Source: Camelus ferus
Lineage: Eukaryota
Assembly: GCF_009834535.1 (NCBI RefSeq)
Contig: NC_045697.1
Location: 63,242,001-63,306,000 of the forward strand
Length of the DNA stretch: 64,000 nucleotides
Direction: 5' to 3'
Shown one piece after another: positions 40,101 to 52,945 of this stretch; the stretch's first letter is position 1, and each line of letters begins with the position of its first letter. The translations under genes were made by a program, and so were the position numbers. The notes under the pieces were generated by a model. That model searched no databases. It saw only the letters and a list, made by a program, of their open reading frames with translations, and was not told the DNA's origin.

Positions 40101-42361
40101 TAAATTGTGTCTTATTTTTTTGTGACTCAATACATAATTGAATTAACTTGGCTCTTGCTTTCTTTCTGGTAACCAGCTTTTATTCTATTTTTGGTCATCT
40201 TTTTATAATTAAAATTTATTTGTTGGCAATAAAGGTAGCATTTCCTCCTCTTCTCTGGCATATAATAAATATAGCTACTTATGTGTAGTGATTATTTATA
40301 CAATGTGTTAATTTAACAGAGACATTGTGTAGAATTTGAGAATGTATTTATTGCTTTTATCATTCTTGGTAATATATAGAGGTAAAAGAGAAAGACTATC
40401 CACATTCTGGGATTTCAAACGAAGTTCCAGACTTGGCTTTACTGTTACCAGCAGTTTAACTTGGTTCAGACAGTTTCACCATCTGGAAAAATAATTTTCA
40501 TGGTTCTCCAAATCCTAAATTATAGTAGAGCTGGAAAGTCTAAATATTTTCTAAAAGTTTGTAGAGAAATCAGGAGGGAAGAAATATCTGAAAAAATCAC
40601 AATAAAATGCCAACAACGATCATTATAGACATATAATGAAGAAAGTCAAAGATGCTAATATCTGAATAGCATGACCTGTGTTTCAGAAATTAAAAACCTA
40701 GGTGGAGAGATGGGACTAATTTTTAAGATACACCTAACAATTTGAAATAGTATATGTAATGTTCTGACACAAGAGCTCAGTAGGACCAGGTGGAAAAAAG
40801 AAGCATTTATTTATGAACATAGGGGAAGAGCATTTTAGGCTGGGCCAAAACAAGGAAGAAATTCTGGGAATGAGTAAACCAGCTTGTGTCCTTTTGCCTG
40901 AATTTCTTCAAGATGGAACTTTTTTTTTTTAATAAAATAAAGATACTTTAAGAACTTGATTAGAATTAAGCTCCATAGAGGGAAACAAAATATCGTTATA
41001 CTGATAAGGAGAATTTCAGGCCCATTTTCCAGGGAGATACGGCTTAAACATCACCACAGCAGGCTGCCATGTTAGTGTTCAGCGCTTCGCCAAAGGGAAA
41101 CACTGTGGGATGTAGCTTCCCAAACACAAGTACTCTGTGTCTAATTCTTGCATTTTCCAGTGTGAAGATTAAATTTTCACTGCTACTAAAATCAAACAAA
41201 TGAAATTCAGCTTTTTTATCCTCACATGCTCTTATTCCAATAACACCTTTCATTCTCTAATTTTGTCTCTCTTTTTCTTTTATTTTAATTAACCAAATTA
41301 TAATTACCAGTATTAGAGTATCTAGTTGTAGTGACAGAAGAGAGTTGAAAGCAAGAAATATATAAAATTTAATCTCACTATACAAAATTGTGCAAATGAA
41401 TGAAAGATTCTACAATAAGAATATTCTTCTTTGAATTTCTAGGTGATTCATATTAAAGTACTGGTTTCAATATTTAACTTATTTTTTACCCTTGAATGCT
41501 GTATGTAATTTTAATCCTCAAATATTATATACCCATATAAGAATATCAAAATGTTTAACATTAATTATCAATATCAAAATTAATCTCCTTCAAGAAGTAA
41601 AGCTTACCATTAAACACACTAGGTCTATTAATTTAAATTTTCTTTGGAAAGAGGAAAAACCAAAATAATTGTGTATGTATGTTTTATTTTATTCCAGAAA
41701 CCAAAAGTAAAATAAATGTTTAATTTTGTTTAACAAATGTATGTGAGCTCCTCTTATATAAAGCTTATAGAAGATAGGAAAAATTCATTTTTATTAAAAA
41801 TTAAGCAAATCACATCACAGGCCAAGAAAATTTGTTTCATAGTTAAATTTTTTAAAAAGTTTAAAATCAACAAATTATATATTATTTTCTATTTTCTGAT
41901 TATTCAAAATATTGACTTTCTAGTATCTTTCCTAATGAAATAGTGATCAATTTATGAAATGGTTTTATTGAACATAGAAGATAGATAAATGCCTTGAGGA
42001 ATACTTTCATATACAAATTGTCTTTTTTAAAAATTGATCTGTATAAATTTAAATTTTTTAAAGGCCTCAGAGCTCTTAGAAGAAAACAGTACCATTATTA
42101 GTATTGCCTTAGTTTCATCATAACTAAAACCAAAAGGAAAAAAAAAATGCTTCCAAAATATGATTTTACTGTTTCTGTCCTTCACTAAAGTGAATATTAT
42201 TGTACTTTTTTCTTGTAATAACCTACATTTTATATCTTTATTTCAAATTTTGCATGCCTACTGTTTGTGATTTTTTTAACTTCAATGATTAAATCATTAT
42301 TGAACAATATTTACTTTTCATGTTCACCTGTATTATTACACAGCAAGATACAATTATATAC

Positions 42362-42418
42362 ATATTATATATATTTATATATATAATATGTACATATGTG
42401 TGTGTGTGTGTGTGTGTG
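42362..42418. repeat. (TA)n/(TG)n compound microsatellite
   Basis: Imperfect TA run followed by a perfect TG run. Confidence 0.85.
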
Positions 42419-42620
42419 TAGTTAACCCTTGAACAATGTGGGGATTGGGGTGCCAGCCCCCTCATAGTCAGTACCTTTGCAGTGGGCCCTCCCTACTCAC
42501 AGTTCCACATCTGCAGATTCCTCCAACAGCTGGTCATGCAGTACTACAGCATTTATTGAAAAAAATTCACATCTAAGTGGACCAGTGCAATACAAACCTG
42601 TGTTGTTCAAGGATCAGCTG
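42419..42620. mobile_element. MER8-like Tigger2-derived MITE
   Basis: Imperfect TIRs 'tagttaacccttgaacaa' and 'ttgttcaaggatcagctg', then TA; internal 'aagtggaccagtgcaatacaaacctgtg'. Confidence 0.85.
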
Positions 42621-42909
42621 TAATTTAAAATCTTTCAGTGTTTTAGTTAAGAGGCCTATTTGTGTTTTTTTAAACAGTCTTTTGACAGTTTTTCAGAAAC
42701 CAGCTGTAGTTTTCTCACTTCTTTGAAGTTATCTGATAGCTACTTTTAATAAAAACATAATCTTCCTTTATACATTGAGAATGTACACGGAATATAATAT
42801 CCATTCTCTCTTCATTTCTAACTTATACTCTGATCTTATTGTACTTAATTTGGTTTGCCTAGTAAAATAGCTACCTTAACTCAACTTGGTGCATTATTAA
42901 AAAAAAAAA

Positions 42910-43125
42910 TGCACATGGTTTGAAGTCAACTGGGTTTGAATCATAGCTCTCTTACTTCACAGTTCAAAGACCTAAAGCAATTTTTAACTGCCATAAATCT
43001 CTGATATTTCACCTATAACATGTAGATAACATAATAAGGCTCTGTTAGAATTAAATTGGACAACTAAGAGAAAAATACCACACCAGTTTATTTTGTATAT
43101 GACAATTCTTATTAAATATTAGTGA
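42910..43125 (+). mobile_element. MIR SINE relic
   Basis: 'ttgaagtcaactgggtttgaatcatagctctcttactt...tcacctataacatgtagataac'. Confidence 0.6.
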
Positions 43126-43529
43126 TATTAATAATTACAGTAGTATTTACCAATTTTATCATAAGTTAGGACAATCTTTTACTAGCACCATTCCCTCCCT
43201 CCCCCACAGGAATCAGGACTCATTAGAATTTTGGTATAATAGAGAATTATATTAGCTAGAATTAAATCAAAGCTAGACTGATGAATACAAACAATTTCCA
43301 TAAAAGTATATAATTTAAATCACTAACATAAATGACTTTTAATAAAATTGGCTCTTACTTGCATATTTTTGACAAAAAAGACATTTAATAAATTTGGCTC
43401 CTATTTATGTATTCTTTGTATGTGATAGATCCTGAATTCTACATTATTTGCATAAAATACTGAATTTTAAATTTTGTTTGGCTATTGTATTTCAGTAAAT
43501 TGATGATATTATATAAGTAGAAATAATAC

Positions 43530-43551
43530 ATATATATATATATATATATAA
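43530..43551. repeat. (TA)n microsatellite
   Basis: Perfect TA run. Confidence 0.9.
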
Positions 43552-44343
43552 TAGTTTTTAAAGCTTTACACAAAATATACAGGTCTTGGAAGAAACACAT
43601 ACTATTCTGCATGTTTCTTTATCACCATATTAAATCTCTTTGCTGACAGCATAAGGGAAATTATAATGATTTAAAGAGTGAATCTTTATCAGTATTTGAC
43701 AGAGAAGGAAAATGATGATAACATACAAACAGTTATTTATAACAAAATTTAACTTGAAAGTGGCAGTTGCTCAGTATTTGATTTATACATTTATTCTAGG
43801 TGGTAGAATAGACTTCCGCAGACTGTTGAGTCCCCTTTTAAGCTGGCTGTTGAGATATGAAAATATACATTTGGATGTACGGTGACTATAGAAATGCAGA
43901 TGAGGAAATAGCTATGTGGCATGTTTTGCATGTTTTTTTCTTCTGCTCTCACTTGTTTAAAAAGAAGTCCATGATTTCTGGTATTGACTAATTAAATTGT
44001 CATTTGATTTTTTTTAATGTTTAGTAATTGACATCAACTAGTTTCTCTTTGCTACTTTATGTCTTACACACACACGCAAGTCTACGCTACCAAAAATCAA
44101 AATAAAACACAAACAAATACGATCTAGCTACCTAACTAATAAAGAGAATTCTTGATTTTTGGTTGCCATGCCTTGGTGGAGTTTGATTTAGAACTTTGTT
44201 GCAGAGCAGTTTTGGAAATTTGATTTTTTTCCAGTTACTCATGGATATTTCTGGGTTAGGATTAATTTACTCCAACCAAACTTAAGAGAATTCATAATAC
44301 CACTTCATTAAAGTTCAATAACTTCATCTGAAGAAGTGCTGTT

Positions 44344-44429
44344 TAGTTCTGCTCTATGCTGTCCATTGTAAGTGTGAATTTGTCTGTAGTTCTGCTCTAT
44401 GCTGTCCGTTGTAAAAGTGAATTTGTCTG
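44344..44429. repeat. 43-bp tandem duplication (2 copies, 40/43 identical)
   Basis: tagttctgctctatgctgtccattgtaagtgtgaatttgtctg followed by tagttctgctctatgctgtccgttgtaaaagtgaatttgtctg. Confidence 0.95.
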
Positions 44430-45874
44430 TCACGCACATCAGTATGTTATGTTGCTCAATGATTTTTTTTTTCCTGGTCACATGGGAAAGTAAATTTGTT
44501 TGAAATTTCATCCATGTACCTAGATGTTGTTCAGTAGAACTCATTCATTCTAAGTGGAGTGTATGGAAATTTTAAAGATATATTAGGTCACCTTCTCTAT
44601 TTTTGGTAATACACAATTGTTTTGATGTTGTATTTTCCATTGCTTTATAAAATAACTGGCGAAATGAGACTTTGACATTATCCTTTGAGAAAGTACTTCA
44701 GGAACTAAGATAAATGTTTGGTGTGAAGCTGTTTTTTGAGAGTATAATTAAATTTTCCTTTTTTCAAATTGAAATGATTACATCTAGTTATTCTCAGAGT
44801 TTATTACCTAAATGAGGAAATACAGAACTTTACTCCGTCAAGAAAAGTGAAAAGGTATTTTTCTCTCAAGCCATTCAAGAGCCCTCAGAGCCAAATTTAG
44901 AGTATATATTCTCTTAGTATGTATAAATATCTAAAGCTACAGCTAGAACCTCGTACACATAATTATATAAGTATAACTTATAAATATAACTGTGTGTCCA
45001 TAACTGTCTATCTACACATATGCACACACAATGAGGAAATACAGAACATAATTTAATCAGGCCATTTAATTATAGTCCTTTATATAATTCTGCTAAAAAG
45101 ATTAACCAGCTTATTAGTTTTCATTGACTATTAGTGTCAATGAAACTGTTCCCAAATTAATACTCCTATCAAGAAAAAAAACTGAAGTATTGTCAAAAGC
45201 AAATACTTTACTTAAATCATACAGTGATTGTCCTCAAAATATATTGTATAATTAACCTTAGTAATAATTGGCTGAAACTCAGTCCCAGTTTAGTCCCTGT
45301 TTGTTTATTAGCCATGTAACATCTATGAATTGGTTTTATGTGAGTTGAAATCTTTTCAGAAAAAAATTAGTCTTTCTTTTGTTTTCTTTTGATTTGTTTT
45401 TATTTTTTCCAAAGGACCCATAGTAGAAGATGAAAAACATAGATCTATGAAGGAAATGACATTTTCTAAATACTCTTTTCTCCTTGCATAAGCACATTCA
45501 TTGTTAGTTTGTTAAATTGCCTTGCTTTATAAAGATATAAAGAGCAAGAGAATAAACATGAAGATGTAAAAGAGGGCATCAAAATTATAAAATGTGAGAG
45601 AAGGGAGCAAGAAATGTAGATTTTTTTTTTCCATTTTAGGATGTGTTTAAGCCTATGTGACTAGCAGTCTAAAGCAAATAGATATAGTAATGGGTTAACA
45701 TACGTGAGAAACAGAGTAACCATAAATCAAAAGCATACAATAGAATCACAAAAACCAAAAATCAAAACAATCAAGCCAGAAAAAAGAAAACTATCAAACC
45801 ACAAAAGGAAAAATAAAAAGAGAAAGAAAGGAACAAAGAAGGAATACAAAATCTACTGGAAAACAAAGTTTAAA

Positions 45875-48800
45875 ATAGCAATAAACTTGTATCTATCAAT
45901 AATTACTACAAAAGTTAAAGGACTAAATGCTCCAGTAAAAAGAGAGTGGCAGATTGGATAATAAAACAAGAACCTACAATATGCTGCCTGTAAGAGACCC
46001 ACTTTATGGTGAAGGACACACAGATTGCAAGCGAGGGGATGGAAAAAGATATTTCATGCAAGTAGAAGAGACAGAAAGCAGGAGTAATAATACTCATATC
46101 AGACAAAATAGACTTTAAAACAAAGGGCATAAAGAAAGATAAAGAAGGACACTATATAATGATCAAAGGAGCGATACAAGAAGAGGATATTACACGTGTT
46201 AACATATATGCACCCAATATAGGAGCACTTAAATATATAAAACAAATACTAACAGACATAAAGGGAGAAATTGGTAGGAGTGCAGTAATAGTCAGAGACT
46301 TTTAACTCCCCATTGACATCACTGGATGATCTTCCAGACAGAAAATCAATAAGGTAATGGAGATACTAAATGACACAATAGAACACTTGGACTTGGTTGA
46401 TATTTTCAGGACATTATAACCCACCAAAAAACCAGAGTATATACTCTTTTCAAGTGCATATGGGTCATCCTCTAGGAAAGATTACATACTCAGATGCAAA
46501 AGAAGCCACAATAAATTTAAGAGGATCAAAATTATTCCAAGCATCTTTTCTGACCACGATGGCATGAAACTAGAAGTCAACCACAGGGAAAAAAAAGAGG
46601 GAGAAATAAACACGACTGCATGGAGACTAAACATGCTACTAAAAGAAAACAATGGCTCAACAATGAAATCACAAACATTAAATAATACCTGGAGACAAAT
46701 GACAATGGAAGCACAACCACACAAAATCTATGGGATGCAACAAAAGTAGTCTTAAGAAGGAAGTTCATACTGATACAGACCTTCCTCAAAAAACAAGAAT
46801 AATCTCAGATAAACAACCTAACTCAGTCTAAAATAATCAGGAAAAGAACAACAAACAAAACCCAAAGTCAGCAGAAGGTAAGAAATAGTAAAGATCAAGG
46901 AGGAAATAAATAAATAGAGATTAAAAAAAATGGAAAAGATCAACCAAACAAAGAGCTGTTTTTTTCAAAGAGTAAACAAAATTGACAAACCTCTGCCCAG
47001 GCTCACCAAGAAGAAAAGAGAGAGGACACAAACAAAATAAGAAAGGAAAATGGAGAAATTACAACCAACATCACAGAAATACAAAAAAATCATAAAATAA
47101 TACTATGAACAACTATATGGCAACAAATTGGACAGAAGAAATGGACAAGTTTCTAGAAACATACAGTCCACCAAAACTGAATCAAGAAGAAATAGATCAC
47201 TTGAAAAGACTGATCACTTGAAGTGAACTATAATCAGTAATAAAAGTCTTCCCTGTAAGCAAAAGTCCAGGACTAAATGGTTTCACTAGGGAATTCTACC
47301 AAACATACAAAGAAGAACTTATATCAGTCCTTTTCAAGCTCTTCCAAAAGACCAAAGAGGAGAGAATACTCTCAAACTCATTCTATGAAGCCACCATCAC
47401 CCTGATACAAAAACCAGAAAAAGACACCACCGAAAAAGAAAATTACAGGCAAGTATCATTGATGAAGATAGATGCAAAAATTCTCAACAAAATATTAGCA
47501 AACAGAATCCAACAACAAATAAAAAAGATCATCCAATATGATCAAGTTGGATTCATTCCAGGGACATAAGGATGTTTCAACATATGCAAATCAATCAATG
47601 TGATATACCACATCAACAAAGGAAAGGACAAAAATCACATCATCATCTCAATAGATGCAGAAGAAGCATTTGATAAAATTCAACACCCATTTACGATTTT
47701 AAAAAGCCTTACTGCACAAGTGGTAGAGCTCATGCATAGCATGCACAAGGTCCTGGGTTCAATCTCCAGTATCTCCTCTAAAAACAAAAAAATCAATTAA
47801 TGAACCTAATCACCTCCCCCCTCAAAAAAAATTAAAAAATAAAACATAACAAAATTAAAAAAAAACCACCTTACCAAAGTAGGTATAGAGGGAACACATT
47901 TCAACAAAATAAAAGCTATTTATGACAAATCCATAGCCAACATAATACTCAACAGTGAAAAGCTGAAAACTTTCTTACTAAAATCTGGAGCAAGACAAGG
48001 GTGCCCACTCACACCACTTCTATTCAACATAGTATTGGGAGTCCTCACCATAGCAAACAGACAAGAAGAAGAAATAAAAGGAATCCAAATTTGAAGAGAA
48101 GACATAAAATTTGTCACTACAAAACATTGATTAAGGAAATCAAAGATGACTTAAAGAAATGGAAAGATATCCCATGCTCTTGGATTGGAAGAATTAATAC
48201 AGTTAAAATGGCCATACTGCCCAAAGCAGTCTACAGATTTAATGTGATCCCTATCAAACTGCCCAGAACATTTTTCACAGAACTAGAACAAATAATCCTA
48301 AAATTTATATGGAATTATGAAAGACCCACAATTGCCAAAGCAATACTGAAGAAAAAGAACAAAGTTGGAGGAATAACCCTCCCAGACTTCAGGCAGTACT
48401 ACATAGCTACAGTAATCAAAACAGCATGGTATTGGCATAAAAACAGACATGTGAATAAATGGATCAGAACTGAGAGACCAGAAATAAACCTACAGACTTA
48501 CAGTCAATTAAGCTTTGACAAAGGAGGCAAGAATGTACAATGGAAAAAACACAGTTTCTTCAGCAAATGGTGTTGGGAAAAGTGGACAGCCACATGTAAA
48601 TCAGTGAAGTTAGAACATTCTCTCACACCATACACAAAAATAAACTCAAAATGGCTTGAAGACTTAAATATAACACAAAACAGTATAAACCTCCTAGAAG
48701 AAAACTTAGGCAAAACATTTTCTGACATAAACCTTAGCCATGTTCTCCTAGGGCAATGGAAATAAAAGCAAAAATAAACAAATGGAACCTAATTAAACTT

Positions 48801-49600
48801 ATAAGCTTTTGCACAGCAAAGGAAACCATAAGCAAAACAAAATGACAGCCTATATGGAATGGGAAAAGATATTTGCTAATGATGCGACTGACAAAGGCTT
48901 AATTTCCAGAATATATAAACAGCTCATACAACTTAATAAGAAGAAAACAAACAACCCAATCCAAAAATGGGCAGAAGACTTAAACAAGCAATTCTCCAAT
49001 GAAGACACACAAATGGCCAAAAGGCACATGAAAAATGCTCAATATTGATAATTATCAGAGAAATGCAAATCAAAATTTCAATGAGGTATCACCTCACACA
49101 AATCAAAATGGCCATTATTAAAAAGTTTACAAGCGATAAATGCTGGAGAGGATGTGGAAAAAAGGGAACCCTCCTACAGTGTTGGTAGGAATGTAGTTTG
49201 GTGCAGCCATTATGGAAAACAGTATGGAGAGTCCTCAAAAAACTAAAAATAGATTCACTCTATGATCTAGCAGTCCAACTTATGGGCATATCCAGAAGGA
49301 ACTCTAATTCAAAAAGATACATGCATCCCAATGTTCATAGCAGCACTATATGCAATAACCAAGACGTGGAAGCAACCGAAATGTCCATCAACAGAAGACT
49401 GGATAAGGAAGTTGTGGTATATTTAATACAATGGAATACTACTCAGCCATAAAAAAGGATAAAGTAATGTCATTTGCAGCAACATGGATGGACCTGGAGA
49501 TTATCATTCTAAGTAAAGTAATCCAGAAGGAGAAAGAAAAATACCATATTATATCACTCATATGTGGAATCTTAAAAAAAAAAAGACACAAATGAACTTA
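45875..49600 (+). pseudogene. Disrupted L1 ORF2 (endonuclease, reverse transcriptase, Cys-rich domain)
   Basis: EN start LSIITTKVKGLNAPVK, SDHDG at ~46549, [15 protein letters not shown] and [19 protein letters not shown]...AILPK, CWRGCG at 49141; many stops and frameshifts, a SINE insertion and an internal deletion. Confidence 0.95.
47713..47865 (+). mobile_element. 5'-clipped vic-1-like SINE nested in L1 ORF2
   Basis: 'gtggtagagctcatgcatagcatgcacaaggtcctgggttcaatctccagta...gaacctaatcacctcccccc' plus A-rich tail; same family as 39966-40100. Confidence 0.9.
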
Positions 49601-50464
49601 TTTACAAAACAGAAATAGACTCATAAACATGGAAAACAAGCCCATGGTTACCAGAGAGGGAAGGGAGTGGAAATGGACAAAATTGGAGTTTGAGATTTGC
49701 AGATACTAACCACTGTATATAAAAATGGGTAAGTAACAAGTTTATACTGTGTAGCACAGGCAACTATATTCAATATCCTATAGTAACCTACAATGAAAAA
49801 GAATATGAAAAGGAATATATGTATGTATATATATGACTGAAACATTATGCTGTTCATCAGGAATTTATACAACATTGTAAACTGACTATACTTTAACAAA
49901 AAATAAATACATATGTATTTTTCTTAGAAGAATAAATAAGGCTTATTGCTATGAGGGGGTTTTTTTTGGCAAACCTTATAATTAAGAATAATTGTGCAGA
50001 TGAAAGTACTTATATGTTTATAACTCAGAAGTCTGCTTATTTATCTTATCTAATTACATAATAATTATTACATGTAATAAGATAAGATAAATAAGAAGAC
50101 TTCACCCCTTCAGTAGTTGTTTGAGCTCTCTAAAATCTTTCAAAGCAGAACTCTGAGAGTTCATACTTTTCATTTTCACATACCATTTATTTCCCAGCTA
50201 TTTGATTCTCAAACCTCTACACCTAGCAGGCACACTCCAGCCTTTCTTTAACACAGATTTGGCCTGTTTTGAAACAATTACTCCCACTTGCCATCCTAAA
50301 CACTTTTTTTTTTTTAATTTCCTTGATTCCATATTTTTCCTCTTTCTTCTGCTCTCCCTCTGACCACTGTACCTCAGTCTACTTTTGTACTCAGTTTCTA
50401 TCCTGATAGTCTCTTCTACTAAGTCTTTAAAAGTTAGAACTTCTCATGGTTGCCTTCTAATCCA

Positions 50465-50505
50465 GAGAAGGCAAAAACTTTTCTGTAAAGGGCCAAATAG
50501 TAGCT
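50465..50505. mobile_element. MER58-like hAT-Charlie end fragment
   Basis: 'ggcaaaaacttttctgtaaagggccaaatagta' resembles the MER58 terminus. Confidence 0.5.
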
Positions 50506-52019
50506 TTTGATCATCTGCTTCTTCCTGACTCCCTCCAAGTGTCTTATCTTTATCTTTGTTCCTGTTGTTTCTGCTCAGGTTAATTTAGATTAATACTCCC
50601 AGGAGTTCCTTTTCAGTGTGGGACTTTGTCCTGGAATGGAGCTTTAATTTTGAGATTTCATGCAATCCAGACTACTCCACTACCTTATTGACTTTACCAT
50701 GGTCTCCTTGTATTCACCCACAAATTTAAGCCTGTGATATTTTCTCTGTGATTAAGTTCCTAATTTTCTAGTTGGCTGACTGTGCTATCCAGAGTTCTCT
50801 ATTTATGAACTGAGCGTTCAGGGCAGTGAGGAGACTGAAAACCTTACCTCTGCTTCCTCTTCACAATTATTGATACCGTGCAGATTTTGTAGCCATCATT
50901 GATTTTACTAATTGGCATATCAGAGTTCATAGTTTGTCCGTGGAATTTGTAGTAGATATCCAGGATTTTTTGCTTTTGCTATCCTGTATTTAATGGAGGA
51001 ATTTGAGAAGATTCAAAGATTATTCCATTTCTGTGTTTTCCAAATATCCTTCCATAGAAATCATTTGATATACTTATTTTTCAAATCAGAGAGGTTAAGT
51101 GTCCTGGGATTCTGGATTCTAGTATTTTGAGGGTATTTTTGTTTATGAATTTATCCATTGATTGATTGACATTCATTTATTATCTACTGTATTCCAGGAA
51201 TTTGACTAAATGTTTGTGATTCAGGAAATAGAATGTTCCAGATATCATGTAAGGCACTTTAAAAAAGAATATTCCATTTATCCTTTAGAACAACCGAATT
51301 TCTATTTTCTGTATCAAAGCTAAACGCAATTATGTTGCTAAAGGTCACAGACAGCTTCAGTACTGAGTCTTTCAATTTATTGTACAATTGAATGAAATAC
51401 ATAGTTCAAATAATCATTTACTCTTTACAGTTGCCACTCTGCTGGGCATGGGGGATAGGATAGTGTGCCAGCCTTTTTCACCATACTCGCTTATTCTCAA
51501 TACTGAAAACTTCACTAATGAAGGGCCTCATTTTTACTTCTAGTTGGAATTTAAGGCAATATTGGAAGGCTAAAAGGAATAAAAATAATAGCTCTTTCAC
51601 ACACTCACATAGACATATTAAAAATAGATGAGATAATGCTGTTTTAACGTTAGTTCTTACTTTTAGGCTATTCAGAATAGGAATTCAAATCAGATTTCAC
51701 TGCAAGGAAGAAATGTTAACTGTTCTATAATAGGCGTTGTTATCATGTTACTTTCTACCTTGCTGCTCATCTGAGGTGTATAATTTTCTTTACGTTTAGG
51801 CCAGATTAATTTATAGCAGTATTATCAGGCCTTTCTCTAGGCATTTCTACATCTTATGTTACTCTAAAAAGTACCAATTTTGGAAGTATAGCATTTATAA
51901 AGTATCCATCATTTTCTATAGTGTTTTTAATTATATTTAATGCCTACTGAAATATCATTTATTTCACACATGCCTAGATTTTTTCTTATTAAAAGTGTCT
52001 GCATTAAGTGTTCTCTAAT

Positions 52020-52172
52020 ACCTTCCTGCTCAAAACGTCATTCAAGGGACAGTGGGATCCTGCATCACTTGGGGGCTAGAAATGGAGAATTTAGGCTCTA
52101 CTGAATAGGAATCTGCTTTTAAATAGGACCCTCAAGTTATTCTTATGCTTCCTAAATTTGGGGAAGTTCTTC
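52020..52172. mobile_element. MER5-like hAT-Charlie fossil
   Basis: 'gcatcacttgggggctagaaatggagaatttaggc...ctactgaataggaatctgcttttaaataggaccctcaagttattcttatgc'. Confidence 0.65.
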
Positions 52173-52892
52173 TCTAGTGTTTTTAGACTCATCAAGTATG
52201 GGAAGAAAATAAAGATACATAATGTTAACTACTAAATTCTAAACGATTTATTAAAGGATGATTTTTATATAATCTGCTAATACTTGAACAGACTAAATAG
52301 TTATATGAAATTTTTGTTTAGCAATTTAAAAGCCCTGTGTAGTATTTTCCACCTTGTTCAATTTTTTGGTAGAGCTTTGATAGTAGGTGTTAGAGATCAT
52401 GCTGTGTAACTTTAATGGTAGCAAAGCTCTTTTGTTTTCATGAGAGTACTTTTAAAACTATATTGGTTAGGAATTAAGACAGAGACCTATTAAATAAGGT
52501 TGTGCAGTGCTCAACCAAGGGGGCATTGTAGTCCTGCCACACCTACATCTACACTGGCTTATAGCTAGAATATAAGTCACAGGGACCTCTTTTCTCTTTA
52601 TACATTAGTGTATGGAGCAGTACCAGGCAAGAGAGGACATTTATAAATATCACTGAAAATTCACCTATGCATGTGAAGTTTCACAGATAACATTATAAGA
52701 TAGGAAGATAGGACACATTTTCAAAAGTCAATCAATGGGAAAAATACTTTGAGTAACATATTTAATATTCAGACATCTTGCTTTCACTTGAGAAAATTTA
52801 TTTTTTAAAAGAATCCTATTAGGTGGCATTAATCAGATTTTCACAGATGAAGAGATAAAGTAAGATGTCTTGACTATATTTAAAAGTCTTGA

Positions 52893-52945
52893 TTATAATA
52901 TAATATAAGGCTTATAATATAATATAATATAATATAATATATAAC
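52893..52945. repeat. (ATAAT)n-like pentanucleotide repeat
   Basis: ataatataatataatataatataatat run. Confidence 0.8.

Larger units (their letters stand above)
45530..49907 (+). mobile_element. 5'-truncated LINE-1 (inter-ORF region, ORF2, 3'UTR, A tail)
   Basis: Colinear L1 ORF2 motifs and a 3' terminus 'aacattgtaaactgactatactttaacaaaaaataaa'; no ORF1 or 5'UTR seen; 5' boundary approximate. Confidence 0.97.

Noticed and set aside
43800..43881. Possible plus-strand exon encoding GRIDFRRLLSPLLSWLLRYENIHLDV
   Set aside because: Modest acceptor, weak donor (gtgact) and no recognised homology
44344..44429. CRISPR-like or other repeat-spacer array
   Set aside because: Only two adjacent copies with no spacers, in mammalian DNA; no such array seen anywhere in the window
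45119..45145. 10-bp inverted repeat tttcattgac/gtcaatgaaa
   Set aside because: Real, but short enough to be plausible by chance in 64 kb of AT-rich DNA
48001..48765. 254-aa ORF as a functional or domesticated protein
   Set aside because: It is an L1 ORF2 fragment with an out-of-frame N-terminus and a GTG start, it crosses the deletion junction, and it lacks the catalytic motif
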